From Vairimorpha necatrix (Eukaryota): a stretch of DNA of 64,000 nt. The DNA lies in the NCBI GenBank assembly GCA_036630325.1, contig CP142727.1, positions 1,302,001-1,366,000 of the forward strand, written 5' to 3'. The position numbers and the translations under genes were made by a program. The notes under the pieces were generated by a model, which searched no databases, had not been told where the DNA came from, and saw only the letters and a list, made by a program, of their open reading frames with translations. How positions within the stretch are numbered: the stretch's first letter is position 1; every line of letters starts with the position of its first letter. Below are positions 11,202 through 21,377 of the stretch, in pieces.

Positions 11202-12949
11202 TCTGGGCGCAATCTATGACCCCTATATATTTCCAACCTGTGCAGGCGTTGGCCCCAAGGATTTTTACCCCGTACAGGCGTGACCCCTATCAATTCCCAA
11301 CCTGTGCAGGCGTTTACCCCTAGTATTTCTAACCTGTGCAAGCATTGAACCCCGAGTTTTCCTTAAGAAAAGCCCTTTCTAAATCATATCTCAATTAGAA
11401 TAATAAATACTAAAATTGGATTAGAACCCACGGCCCATACGAGGAAACACCTAAGCATGCCACTAGACTATAGCATACTAAAAAAACATAAAGTTTTATC
11501 ATAAAGCAACACTTAAATTATTTAATTTGATATATAAATTAATGTTTTTTTGTCGTTAAAAAATTAATCTTTCTCCCAGAAATGCTGTTGATTATGATGA
11601 TTTAACATTAATCTTACAAGGCAGAGATAATGAAAATGTTTTACAAAAGCAACAAAAAAACGGTTGAAACAAAAAGCTGTCAATTACCTTCTTATAGATG
11701 GGGCACTATATTTAAGGGATGAGGTCAATGGAAACCATCCGAAGGATTTCTATTGTAAACAGCTCGAAGCCATGGAAGTTGAATGTAGAGCTTTCCTCCA
11801 GCTTCATCACAGGGGCGTTATAAGATTTGAAGCATCATGCAATAAGGTTTTTTTAAAATCCCTAGGGACATTATTAGAAAAGTCGTCTTCACATGCATTG
11901 TTTGTGGACAGTCGCAACCGTTAAAAAATAAAGAGCGCCAAGCCATATTGCGGGCTTTAAGCCTATAGAACGCTTTAATCGATTTAATCAAAATGACGCG
12001 CTATAAAAAGTTTATCAAGGGGTATTGTTGGATTTTAACAATAATTGATGTGTATTCTAAGTTATCCTGAGCCTTTCCATTAAAGAGTAAAACGGGAAAG
12101 AGGGCACAAAACCCCTAAAATTTTTATTTCACAATATAACTGGTCCTCCCAAGATCCTTCAAATCGATAATGGGAATATATTCTGCAATTCCCATATATA
12201 ATAAACTTCTTGCAGACTTTGCTATTGTTCAAAAATTAGTAGGCAGCGTCACCAAAAATCAAACTGGCAAATAGAAAGGTTCAACCAAACTTAAACTCGC
12301 ACTATTCAAAAACATGTTTTGAAGAATTTTTGCATGCTGTTGATAATTCTAGAGCCGAAGATGAAAAGTAATGGCTTTAACATCTTAATAGAGTCGTATA
12401 CAACTATAATTTAGCCAAAAATAGTGCGACAAATCAGGTTCCCTTTAACCTATTTTTAAAAATACCAGAATTTAATTCTGTTTTTGTCCAGGATGGTAAC
12501 GAGCCTTTAGATGATAGTATGAAAGAAGTTGAATTGATGATTGATGCAGAAAATAAAAATGAAGTTGAGATTGGTGTTCTTGAAGAAAAAACAGAGGCTG
12601 GTGCAGTTGAACAAAATTACCTTGCAAGAATGGATCGTCATTCGTTGGTTCATATCTCAAAAATATACTTTTAAAATTACGGACAAGGTAATTGTAGCTA
12701 GAGACTTTGATAATAATATAAAAACAAAAAAACTAAAATTATCTTCCTTTTTTTTCAAAGAAGTTACAATTGCAGAAATTCTCCAAACAACCGAGTGAAA
12801 TGTGAAACTGAAGAAGGTACACAGATTTGATATGTCTAGGCTCAAAAAACTCTAATATTAAACAATCGATTTTAAATTTGTTTGTTTTTGCTTTTTATTT
12901 CTTATTATTTTTACTTTCTAATGGGAGGGGTCAACGCTCGCGCGCCACA
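11202..12949 (+). mobile_element. Integrase-only (Ginger-like) DNA transposon relic
   Basis: Degraded rve integrase at ~11600-12450 (HHRG..CIVC zinc finger, IIDVYSK, GPPKILQIDNG, SNWQIERFNQ) with no Gag, RT or LTR. Degenerate inverted ends (TGACCCCT motif near 11217; its reverse complement near 12926, ending CCACA). Confidence 0.55.
11216..11353 (+). repeat. ~30-bp subterminal tandem repeats (about 4 copies)
   Basis: Unit approximates TGACCCCTAnnnATTTCnAACCTGTGCAGGCGT. Confidence 0.75.
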
Positions 12950-13702
12950 GTCATTTTTACCTATTTGCTTTCATCAAGCTCTATAATAAGATTTTCGCCA
13001 CCAATTTGTTTTGTTTTATTTTTATACTTCTCGAAAATTTTAAATTTATATAATTTTTTAAGGATGTAACTTACATTTTAAAGATTACATCCCAAAATTC
13101 TTGATATGTTGTCATTTTATAGCCGTTACCTATAAATTTATAAGTTTTCTCATGCGTAAGTATTCTACTTTTGTGTTTGTAAATAATAGACTATTCCAAA
13201 CCTAAAATAAATATCTACACTTCGGAGCCTTTCATCTTAAGAAAGCAGTTTACTTTGTTTAAAACTTGTATACCACCCATATTGTATACGAAGTTGGTTG
13301 TATTTTCTTTTTGTTAGTGATATATAAAAATCTACAATATCTTCGTAACTCAGCATTTACTTCCTTTTTTTAAAAACGAGGCAATTTTATAAAAATTTTG
13401 AACTCCAATTTTTTTTACACTAATGCTGATATTAGCCCAGCAAATACTTATAATTTGTAGTTGAAAAAAAATACATATATAGATATGCAGATTTATTACT
13501 TCTTGAAAATACACTAGAAAGCATTTGATGTAATATTGAACGAGATTAAAGAGAAGAACATAAAATATTTTTTCTCCTAGACAATCGACATAGTTATACA
13601 TACATTATTTTTAATATAATATTTATCATTTAAATTACGGTTATAAGATCGTATATATACAAACAAATGCGTACAAAAAAAAACCCATAACAAATAAATA
13701 AT

Positions 13703-15628
13703 TTATATACATCGTTTATTTTTTTTAATGTTTTTTAATTTATAATTATGTTTTCGGCTCATCACCTCACAAATATTTTTTATGCGCTTAGACAAAGATT
13801 CTTTTTGTTTATAAAAGTCCTCAAACTTATAAACCAAAGACAACAAATCATATAATATTTCAATTTTTTTTTCATTCTCGCATATCGTTTTGTTATTTAA
13901 ATTATAATAAATTATTCTAGTAAAATCTGATAGATTGATTTTATTTAACGCGGTTTCTATTTTCCAATAATCTAATGAGAAATAAAAAAACAGTTTATAA
14001 TATTCTTTACACACACCTAAAAGTCTGTTTGGAGGTATTACGAAATTGCATACCGAGATTACAAAGTTTAATGAATTGATAATCAATTCATTATGTTGGC
14101 TTTCTAAGCAACTGACTTTATCTTTTATAGAATAGGCGTACGTTATCAAGTTCTTTTCGTAAAACTCAAATTTAGACTTCAAATAATTTCTATTAATTTT
14201 TATTGTTTTCATTTCTTGTTTATTTAATGTAAGTTTTTTTCTGTAGTTTGGTATACGCGAAATAAATAATGCTTCTTCATCTCTTAAAGTCTCTAATGTG
14301 ATTTTTAGATCTTTTAATCGTTTATCTAATAAAAGACCATTATTTATTGCAGGAAACGTAAGCTTATTATTAGTTTCATTCTGGATTCTCTTACTGGCAC
14401 GATCTATGGATATTGATTCGCCATTAGCTATAGTTGTCGATGATATGTCATTAATAATTGCATTGTTTTTTTCTTGGAATGTGTCGTCATCTATTAAACC
14501 TTCCTTTGCATTATAATTACCGCTAGTGTCATAAATAATTGGATATTTTCTATCCAAAAATGTATCTTCATGTGCTTCTTGCTCATATATTCTTTGACTT
14601 TGTATAAAAACACGATCGGTATGTAGATTTACATCCTTGAGATTTTCTCCGCATGATAAATCACTATTGTTGTTATATTTACTTCGCACATATGTGATAT
14701 TGCGATATCTTTTTTTTTGTATTTGTTCATAAATTGAATCATCACAAAAAGCATTTTGATTATCTTGAGATTTCTCTCTTTCATGTGATGAAAACATCGG
14801 CCTCTCGTCAGTCGTAATTGTTGTACGTTCGATATCATGACTTTCTCGATACATTGGCTCTTGGGTTGATAATTGCTCGTGTGTTTTACTATGATTAATT
14901 ACTGCGCTACAAAGGTTATTATCTTTTTTATTGTGTGTCTCGCTAGATGTTTTTTTCTTTTTATAACTAATTATACCACAATTATAACCAGGATTTTCCT
15001 CGTGTAGTATATTTTTTTGTGTTTTATATTTGTTTGTTATAGACTTTCCTCCGACGACACAACCTGCATTACTTTTTTTCTCATGAAAATTTTCACTAGT
15101 ATTTACAACTGTATTTTTTACATTCGATAAATTAATATCAAATTTTTTATTATTATAATAATACGCTTTGTTTATTTTGTCACAAGTGAAATTATTATTT
15201 GTTACATGGTTCTCTATGCCAGAATCAAATTGATAATTTCGTTCATTAAAATTCCCATAATACGTTAAATCTTCATTCACTGCATTTTTTGCTTCAGATT
15301 TACATTCAAATTGACGATTTTTTGCGACGTCTAAATCTTCATCAAATAAGTCGCGGAATGGTATATTTTTAGTAGAGACACAATTATAATTTTGAATATA
15401 TTCAATCTGGTGACTTTCCTCATGTGTATTATCAGTATTCATAATGTTTTTTAATTTTTCTCCTGGAATTTTCTCTTTATTAATTCCTAAAATAGTCTCA
15501 ATATCTTCTCCGTTAGATAAAACCGAGTCGATATCTTCATGTGTAAATCCTAACAAAGATTCAAGATCCTTTTCATCAGAAGATATATTTATCTCAGTGC
15601 ATTTTAGCAAAGAAATAATTAGTAACAT
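13703..15628 (-). CDS. Hypothetical protein, probably secreted (641 aa)
   Basis: Long ORF in AT-rich DNA; short hydrophobic N-terminus MLLIISLLKC; N/K/D-rich middle; helical C-terminal region; CCCC about 15 nt upstream on the minus strand. Confidence 0.75.
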   Translation of the reverse strand: MLLIISLLKCTEINISSDEKDLESLLGFTHEDIDSVLSNGEDIETILGINKEKIPGEKLKNIMNTDNTHEESHQIEYIQNYNCVSTKNIPFRDLFDEDLDVAKNRQFECKSEAKNAVNEDLTYYGNFNERNYQFDSGIENHVTNNNFTCDKINKAYYYNNKKFDINLSNVKNTVVNTSENFHEKKSNAGCVVGGKSITNKYKTQKNILHEENPGYNCGIISYKKKKTSSETHNKKDNNLCSAVINHSKTHEQLSTQEPMYRESHDIERTTITTDERPMFSSHEREKSQDNQNAFCDDSIYEQIQKKRYRNITYVRSKYNNNSDLSCGENLKDVNLHTDRVFIQSQRIYEQEAHEDTFLDRKYPIIYDTSGNYNAKEGLIDDDTFQEKNNAIINDISSTTIANGESISIDRASKRIQNETNNKLTFPAINNGLLLDKRLKDLKITLETLRDEEALFISRIPNYRKKLTLNKQEMKTIKINRNYLKSKFEFYEKNLITYAYSIKDKVSCLESQHNELIINSLNFVISVCNFVIPPNRLLGVCKEYYKLFFYFSLDYWKIETALNKINLSDFTRIIYYNLNNKTICENEKKIEILYDLLSLVYKFEDFYKQKESLSKRIKNICEVMSRKHNYKLKNIKKNKRCI

Positions 15629-16399
15629 ACTTATCTGATTCAGGGGCTTAAAAAATTAGTAAATTAAGAATAACTTTATTTTTAAAATTAATTCAAGTTA
15701 AATTTTTTTAAAAAATAGAAAATAAATATAAAACAGTTTTTAAACTAAAAATTCGACTAAAAAAGTAGACACATATTTGAATTATTTTATAAAAAGGATC
15801 TGTGTATATTAAATATTTTTTATTTATTTTTACCTTTTATTGAAAGTTGAAGATGAAACCATTCGAAGAAAAACCAAACACAAAGGGCTTAATTGCGTCA
15901 TGCCTTATCTTTATTTCATTAATCATTTTTTTTACATTTTTGCCACAAATCAATATAAACGAAACGGAGTTATAGACTAGAACTCATACCCAAAACATTT
16001 TCCTGGCACTTTACATAGTGGATTTACCATATTTCGCGGAACAACAAAAAAATCAAAAACAAATTCAAACATTATATATTGCAGTTGAAAGAATCATAAA
16101 AGCGAGAGCAATAATATAGTTCAAAATGGGTTCTATGATACAACCAATGTAACACTTAAGGTCTTAAATTAAATGGGACAGGTGAAGTGGCCGGGTCATA
16201 TAAACTGGCCTCCCTAGCTAGTAATTTATAGTGACAAGTTTATTTAAAGCTTCTTTTTAATTTAAAATTTTTCTAGGTCAATGTCAACCCCTCATATATA
16301 CACTCAATGTTATAATAAACCCAATTGACGACTGCTTCTTAGATGTTAAATATCTCCAACGTGTCATCAGCAATTAAATAAATAAATATACGCAGGATA

Positions 16400-16630
16400 T
16401 AAAATCAAGAAAAGGAACAAGCTTGTAGGCCATAAAATAGCGAAAAGAAGGCTCTTAGCCAAATTTCGAAGCCAATGGTTCCACTGAGCAATGGCTTAGT
16501 TCAAATTCCGGGGGCGCCAAAATTGTTTCTACTTCATAATTTAGTTAAACCAACTCAGATAATAAAAATCTTACGATAATCATTAAGTTGATTTAATGAA
16601 ACTTGTGTGTGTCCAGCCGCAAGGGGTTAA
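16400..16630 (+). mobile_element. Dispersed repeat, possibly a piggyBac-like relic
   Basis: GCGCCAAAATTGTTTCTACT...TAATCATTAAGTT..AATGAAACTTGT recurs in reverse complement at ~55840-55937. Confidence 0.35.
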
Positions 16631-18632
16631 AGCATCTAGTGTAGAAACGCACCTCAAAACCAAAAAACAGTATCCCCCTTGTGCTTACAAAATGATACAT
16701 AAAAGTATCTGATGTGTACGGCCCAGTTGAACCCCTTGGCAGGTGCATTCTAGGTCGGATCTAGAGCTAACTAAGAGACTAGACGAAGTTGCGAAGAAGG
16801 TCTTTTGGACCATATTCTACAAGATTCTGTAACATGGTGGCCGAAACTGTGAGAGAATGTTGGTTAACGCAGCACAATAAAAATCAGGGGTCTTGATTTG
16901 GCGGTATAAGGTGCCTATATTTGATACAGAAAATTAAGGTCCTTTGATTAGTACGATGGTGTCTCTTCACAGGTTCAATAACAACTTGTTGTGCAGTATA
17001 TCTGCTGTGAGGTCACTCTGGATGTGATTTGAGGTATAAATGAAAAATAATTATTTGGAGCCAATGTTCAAATGGGACGGCGGAGCTTGCTCCACTGGCA
17101 AATTATTCAATGTGAAAAGGTGATAAAAATTTTACAATGACAATTGGATAAGGATCCCATCAAAACCAACTGCCCCCTATGTGAGGTTGCACGCTGCTTC
17201 AAACTTGAAAAAAAAATTAATCTTATAGACGTGAGTTTTCTATCACAGTAAATATTCCTGTATTATACATAGTGTCTGTTTTTTGTTTCGTAGGTATTTT
17301 ACAAATGTTTATGATAAATATAGCATCTTTAATTAATATATTTTTGAATCATAGATTTGTGCAACGTTTTTTTTTTTATAATTTTTATTTGTGGCAGTTC
17401 TACGTATTGTTGTAGATTTTACTTACTTTTCCCGATTATTGGGACCTTTAAACTAAATTTAATACGGTACATGATCGTTTAGAACCTGTTTTGAAATTTT
17501 AAAGGACTTCCTTTATAAAATGGCAAAATTGGCAAAAACAATGTTTGATGAGTCAGATGAGCTTTTTAGTGATGAAATGTATTTATACATGTGAAACAAA
17601 GAAAACTTTATTTTATGGAACATTTGATACTGAATAGGCGTGCGCCTTGTTTGTTTCTGAAACTAGTAGAAACTGCTATTTCCTTGAGGTAATACAAGAT
17701 GATGTATAATCTGTTTCTATTATGATCTCTAATCAATGGGTAGCATATGAGGCCACATTAAACAAGCAAATGGATGAAGCACAGTACTATGGATCACTCC
17801 ATCAATGCTGTAACGCCTAGCGGCGATTCTGAGACATAATATCAAATAATTTAGTTGGTTTTGGCTCATTTCTAAATGAAATATTCGATCTAGACATAAA
17901 CAAAGACGAACACCATGTGCACCTTTTACAGTTTCACTAGGCTTTTCAAATTCCCAAAAATCTCCGGATAAATTCTCTTTTATCACATTTAAAATAAATC
18001 ATCAAGTCCCTTTTTTTATAATTTTTTTATTTTTCCCTTTTTTTCAAAGCGGGTTCATTTTCACAAAGCGGGTTTTAAACGGTCATGTACCTTTTATGAT
18101 TTTAGACCATTATCAGTAGTTTAGCTTCTATTATTAGCTAGCAATTTATCCATAGATAGATAAAAATTTTATTCTCTGTAGTTTAAATAAATAAAGGGGT
18201 TCAGACACACTACTGACATACATTTTATGGTGCGCCGCCTCTCTGGTCGCTCGACTTGTTTTATTAGTTGGTAGTATCTAAATGTTTATTGGTTTTTAAT
18301 TTTCAAGGCAACTTATACAACTGAAATTCGTCCAGCATATTTTATTTTAAATAAGTGTTAAACTTATACTTTATTAGTAAGAAAGCTAGTTTCTTGTACA
18401 GCTTTCAATATTATGACACTATATACTAGAGTAGACATCTTGTTATTCGTTGACGATGATGTATTTGTTTACGCCCATGACTCTGCCGTGATTGAGATAT
18501 GACGGCCCCGAGGTTCGAGTCTATGAGTCTTACTTAACTGTACGAGGTATAGAAAGGATGTCGTGTGACACATTTGGTTCAAGTATCTATAAATTTTGTC
18601 GTCTTCTTTTTTACGCTTCGACTTATAAAAAA

Positions 18633-18800
18633 TAAATAAAATCTTTGCCTAGAGGGTAAAATACAAAAAAATAAAATCTTTGCCTAGAGGGTAAAATGCG
18701 AAAAATAAAATCTTTAGCAAGAGAGTAAAATGCAAAAAATAAAATCTTTCCTAAGAGAGTAAAATGAAATAAAATCTTTGCTTAGAGGGTAAAATGCAAA
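18633..18800 (+). repeat. Minisatellite, ~33-35 bp x5
   Basis: Unit AAATAAAATCTTTGCCTAGAGGGTAAAATGCAAA with variants. Confidence 0.9.
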
Positions 18801-19455
18801 ATGTTTTATTTCATTTTCTAACACTAAATTCATTTGATCAAATAAAAATGCTCTTTTATCAAAAATGACTTTATTCAATAAGATCATTGTTAATTTATTT
18901 AAGCAATTTCTTAATTATATTATTTTGTATAAAAATGTGCTCTCCTTATAATTAAGTAGAATGATATAAAATCTAAGAAGTGATAAAAATACCAGACGAC
19001 AACAAATAGTCAGTTCATTACATTTACTAGTGCAATAAGAAATTACAATACTAGGTCTGAATCCTGTTCTTTATGCGTCTCAAGACAATGATTAGTGGGC
19101 TTTTTAGAAGATAGTATTTGTCATATTGTTCATTACCCTCTTAGGCCAATTTGCTTAAATACTTTTCTTAAAGATGTTTGATTTCCAGAAGTGTCAAATA
19201 TCTCATTTATTCCAAACAAATACAGAATTCATTATAACTGAGAATTCTGATGATCAGCTTGGGTTTACCGCATGACATAAACTAGTGCTGAATTTTATAG
19301 CCATTAGATTTATAAATTTGACTTAGAGCAATAAGTCCAGAATATATTCTAAAATGTTAATATTGAGATATTAGTTGACTCACAACAAATCTTTCTTTGG
19401 CCAAAGTGCACTTTGGCTCTTTCTTTTCGTTCTTTTTACCCCCTTTAAGATCTCA

Positions 19456-20670
19456 ATGAAGAGTCAGAAATATCCACCCATTTTAATTCACAATCTCAAC
19501 ATAGAATTAATTAGTAAACTCTGCTCTTATTTATCAATCAAATCCTTAAAAAATCTCTCTAAATCTTCCTCCTACATCTCCCGCCATTTAAATTCAGACT
19601 TGAATTTCTGGCAGTCTGCCTGTAAATTAAACTTGCCCACTGTGCTCGAGTGTAAAAATGTCTTAAAAACCAAGTACAAGTTATTTAGAAATATCAAGTC
19701 AGGATCAAATGAGTCATCTTACACATTTATAACCCACCAGAAAGATATTACTTATCTTAAGATACATGATAAATATGTGTACACATCTTCTGATGATACG
19801 ACAATGAAGCAGTTTAGTTTCAGTGGTGTTTTAATTAATACTTTTTTGGGTCATAAAGGGGGTATTTGGAGTTTTAGTGTGGATAAAGTTTTAGTTACTG
19901 GCAGTACTGACAAGACTGCTATTATTTGGGATATGGCGTCAGGGATACCTCTTCATAAGTTGAAAGGACACACTAATACTGTCAGGGTAGTCAAGACATA
20001 TGGGGATTATGTCTGCACAGGAGGCAGAGATTGTTTCATAAGAATATGGAATTTGATAGGAGAGTGTCTTTTTATTCTAAGTGGTCATACGTCATCAGTA
20101 AGATGTCTTGATATAAACAGAGACTTCCTTCTTAGTGGATCTTATGACGGGTCAGTGGTCTTATGGGACTATAAAAAGGGAAAGAGGTGTTTCAATTTGG
20201 TATCTCATAAATCTAGAGTTTACAGTGTTTTACTGGGTAAGAAGTATATTATAAGTGGGGGACTTGATGCTTTCGTCCATATTTCTACATTTGATAATAA
20301 ATTAGTGACCAGATACAAGTGTCATGACATTTTAGTAATTTCTCTTAGTTTTAGTCATGCCGAGAGATATTTAGTAAGTAGTGCGGCGGATAATATCTTA
20401 GTAAAATGGGATGTACTTGATAATAAGAAGGAGTATACGATAAATGAGAAGTGTCTGATTACTAGTCATTTTATTTATGAAGAGTTATTATTTCTTACTA
20501 CTATTAATGAGTTACAAGTTTATGATTATGAGACGGGGTTATTTATAAGGACAGTAATGAAAGCAGACAAATTCATAAAAGTAGAAATGTATGAAGATAA
20601 ATTGATAGTAGCATATTTATTACAGAAGAATTATCATATTAAAATATACACTTATACCAATAATTCATAA
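19456..20670 (+). CDS. CDC4: F-box/WD40 protein (Cdc4/Fbw7-like SCF substrate receptor)
   Basis: N-terminal F-box-like LNIELISKLCSYL and multiple GH...WD repeats. Start moved to the ATG at 19456, which follows a CCCCC run. Orthology to Cdc4 rather than Met30 is not certain. Confidence 0.75.
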   Translation: MKSQKYPPILIHNLNIELISKLCSYLSIKSLKNLSKSSSYISRHLNSDLNFWQSACKLNLPTVLECKNVLKTKYKLFRNIKSGSNESSYTFITHQKDITYLKIHDKYVYTSSDDTTMKQFSFSGVLINTFLGHKGGIWSFSVDKVLVTGSTDKTAIIWDMASGIPLHKLKGHTNTVRVVKTYGDYVCTGGRDCFIRIWNLIGECLFILSGHTSSVRCLDINRDFLLSGSYDGSVVLWDYKKGKRCFNLVSHKSRVYSVLLGKKYIISGGLDAFVHISTFDNKLVTRYKCHDILVISLSFSHAERYLVSSAADNILVKWDVLDNKKEYTINEKCLITSHFIYEELLFLTTINELQVYDYETGLFIRTVMKADKFIKVEMYEDKLIVAYLLQKNYHIKIYTYTNNS

Positions 20671-20716
20671 AATAGATTTAATATGAGAATATATTTTTTT
20701 CTATTAGATTTACCCC

Positions 20717-21025
20717 ATGTTGGAAATAAAGAAGAAATATCTCGAAATGATAGACAGTGGATTTAATTTGATCTTAGAGAAACTTGAGCCATATTCTAAT
20801 AATATCATAGAAAACGAGGGATCTATAAATCTCTCTATAAGTAAAATAGGGGAATATTTATTTAATAGACAACCTTCATCCTTACAATTATGGGGGTCTT
20901 CACCCCTGACGGGGCCAAGTAGATTTAGAATGGAAGAAAAGGAGTGGATTCATGAGAAGAAGAATATTCCCTTAAAGAAATATTTAGAATTAGAAGTATC
21001 TGACATATGTCAGAAAAGGAATTAG
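20717..21025 (+). CDS. YFH1: Frataxin (mitosomal Fe-S assembly)
   Basis: Signature GEYLFNRQP..QLWGSSPLTGPSRF; CCCC immediately before the ATG. Confidence 0.92.
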   Translation: MLEIKKKYLEMIDSGFNLILEKLEPYSNNIIENEGSINLSISKIGEYLFNRQPSSLQLWGSSPLTGPSRFRMEEKEWIHEKKNIPLKKYLELEVSDICQKRN

Positions 21026-21350
21026 ATTTATCTATATATTATATATATATATTATAGATGAATCTATATAATATATAGATAAATCCTTATTATAGATAAA
21101 TCCATTTATATTATAGATAAGTCTATATATTATATATATATATATAAATCTATATATTAATCTATATATTATAAATAAATTTATATATTATATTTAATAT
21201 ACTATATTTATATATAATATATAAATACATAAAATAAATGGTATACATTTAGATAAAAATCTATATAACTTGGCAATGCACTATAAATTAAATGGTATTT
21301 AACAACTAGATAAAAATCTATATAACTAAGCGAATACACTATAAAATAAA
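21025..21350. repeat. AT-rich low-complexity tract plus a ~57-bp tandem duplication
   Basis: Repeated TATATATTATAGATAAATC motifs; AAATGGTA...TAGATAAAAATCTATATAACT...CACTATAAA occurs twice at ~21235-21350. Confidence 0.7.
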
Positions 21351-21377
21351 AATTATAACATTTTTTCTATTTATTGT

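Noticed and set aside
16175-16222. Helitron-like 3' end (GC hairpin then CTAG-T)
   Set aside because: The hairpin is imperfect, and no 5' TC end, RepHel remnant or second copy was found.
16800-17990. Further transposase relics (Harbinger- or piggyBac-like fragments)
   Set aside because: Motif resemblance is too weak to assign without a profile search.
18633-18800. CRISPR-like array
   Set aside because: No unique spacers, no cas genes and a eukaryotic context; it is a minisatellite. The same applies to 11216-11353.
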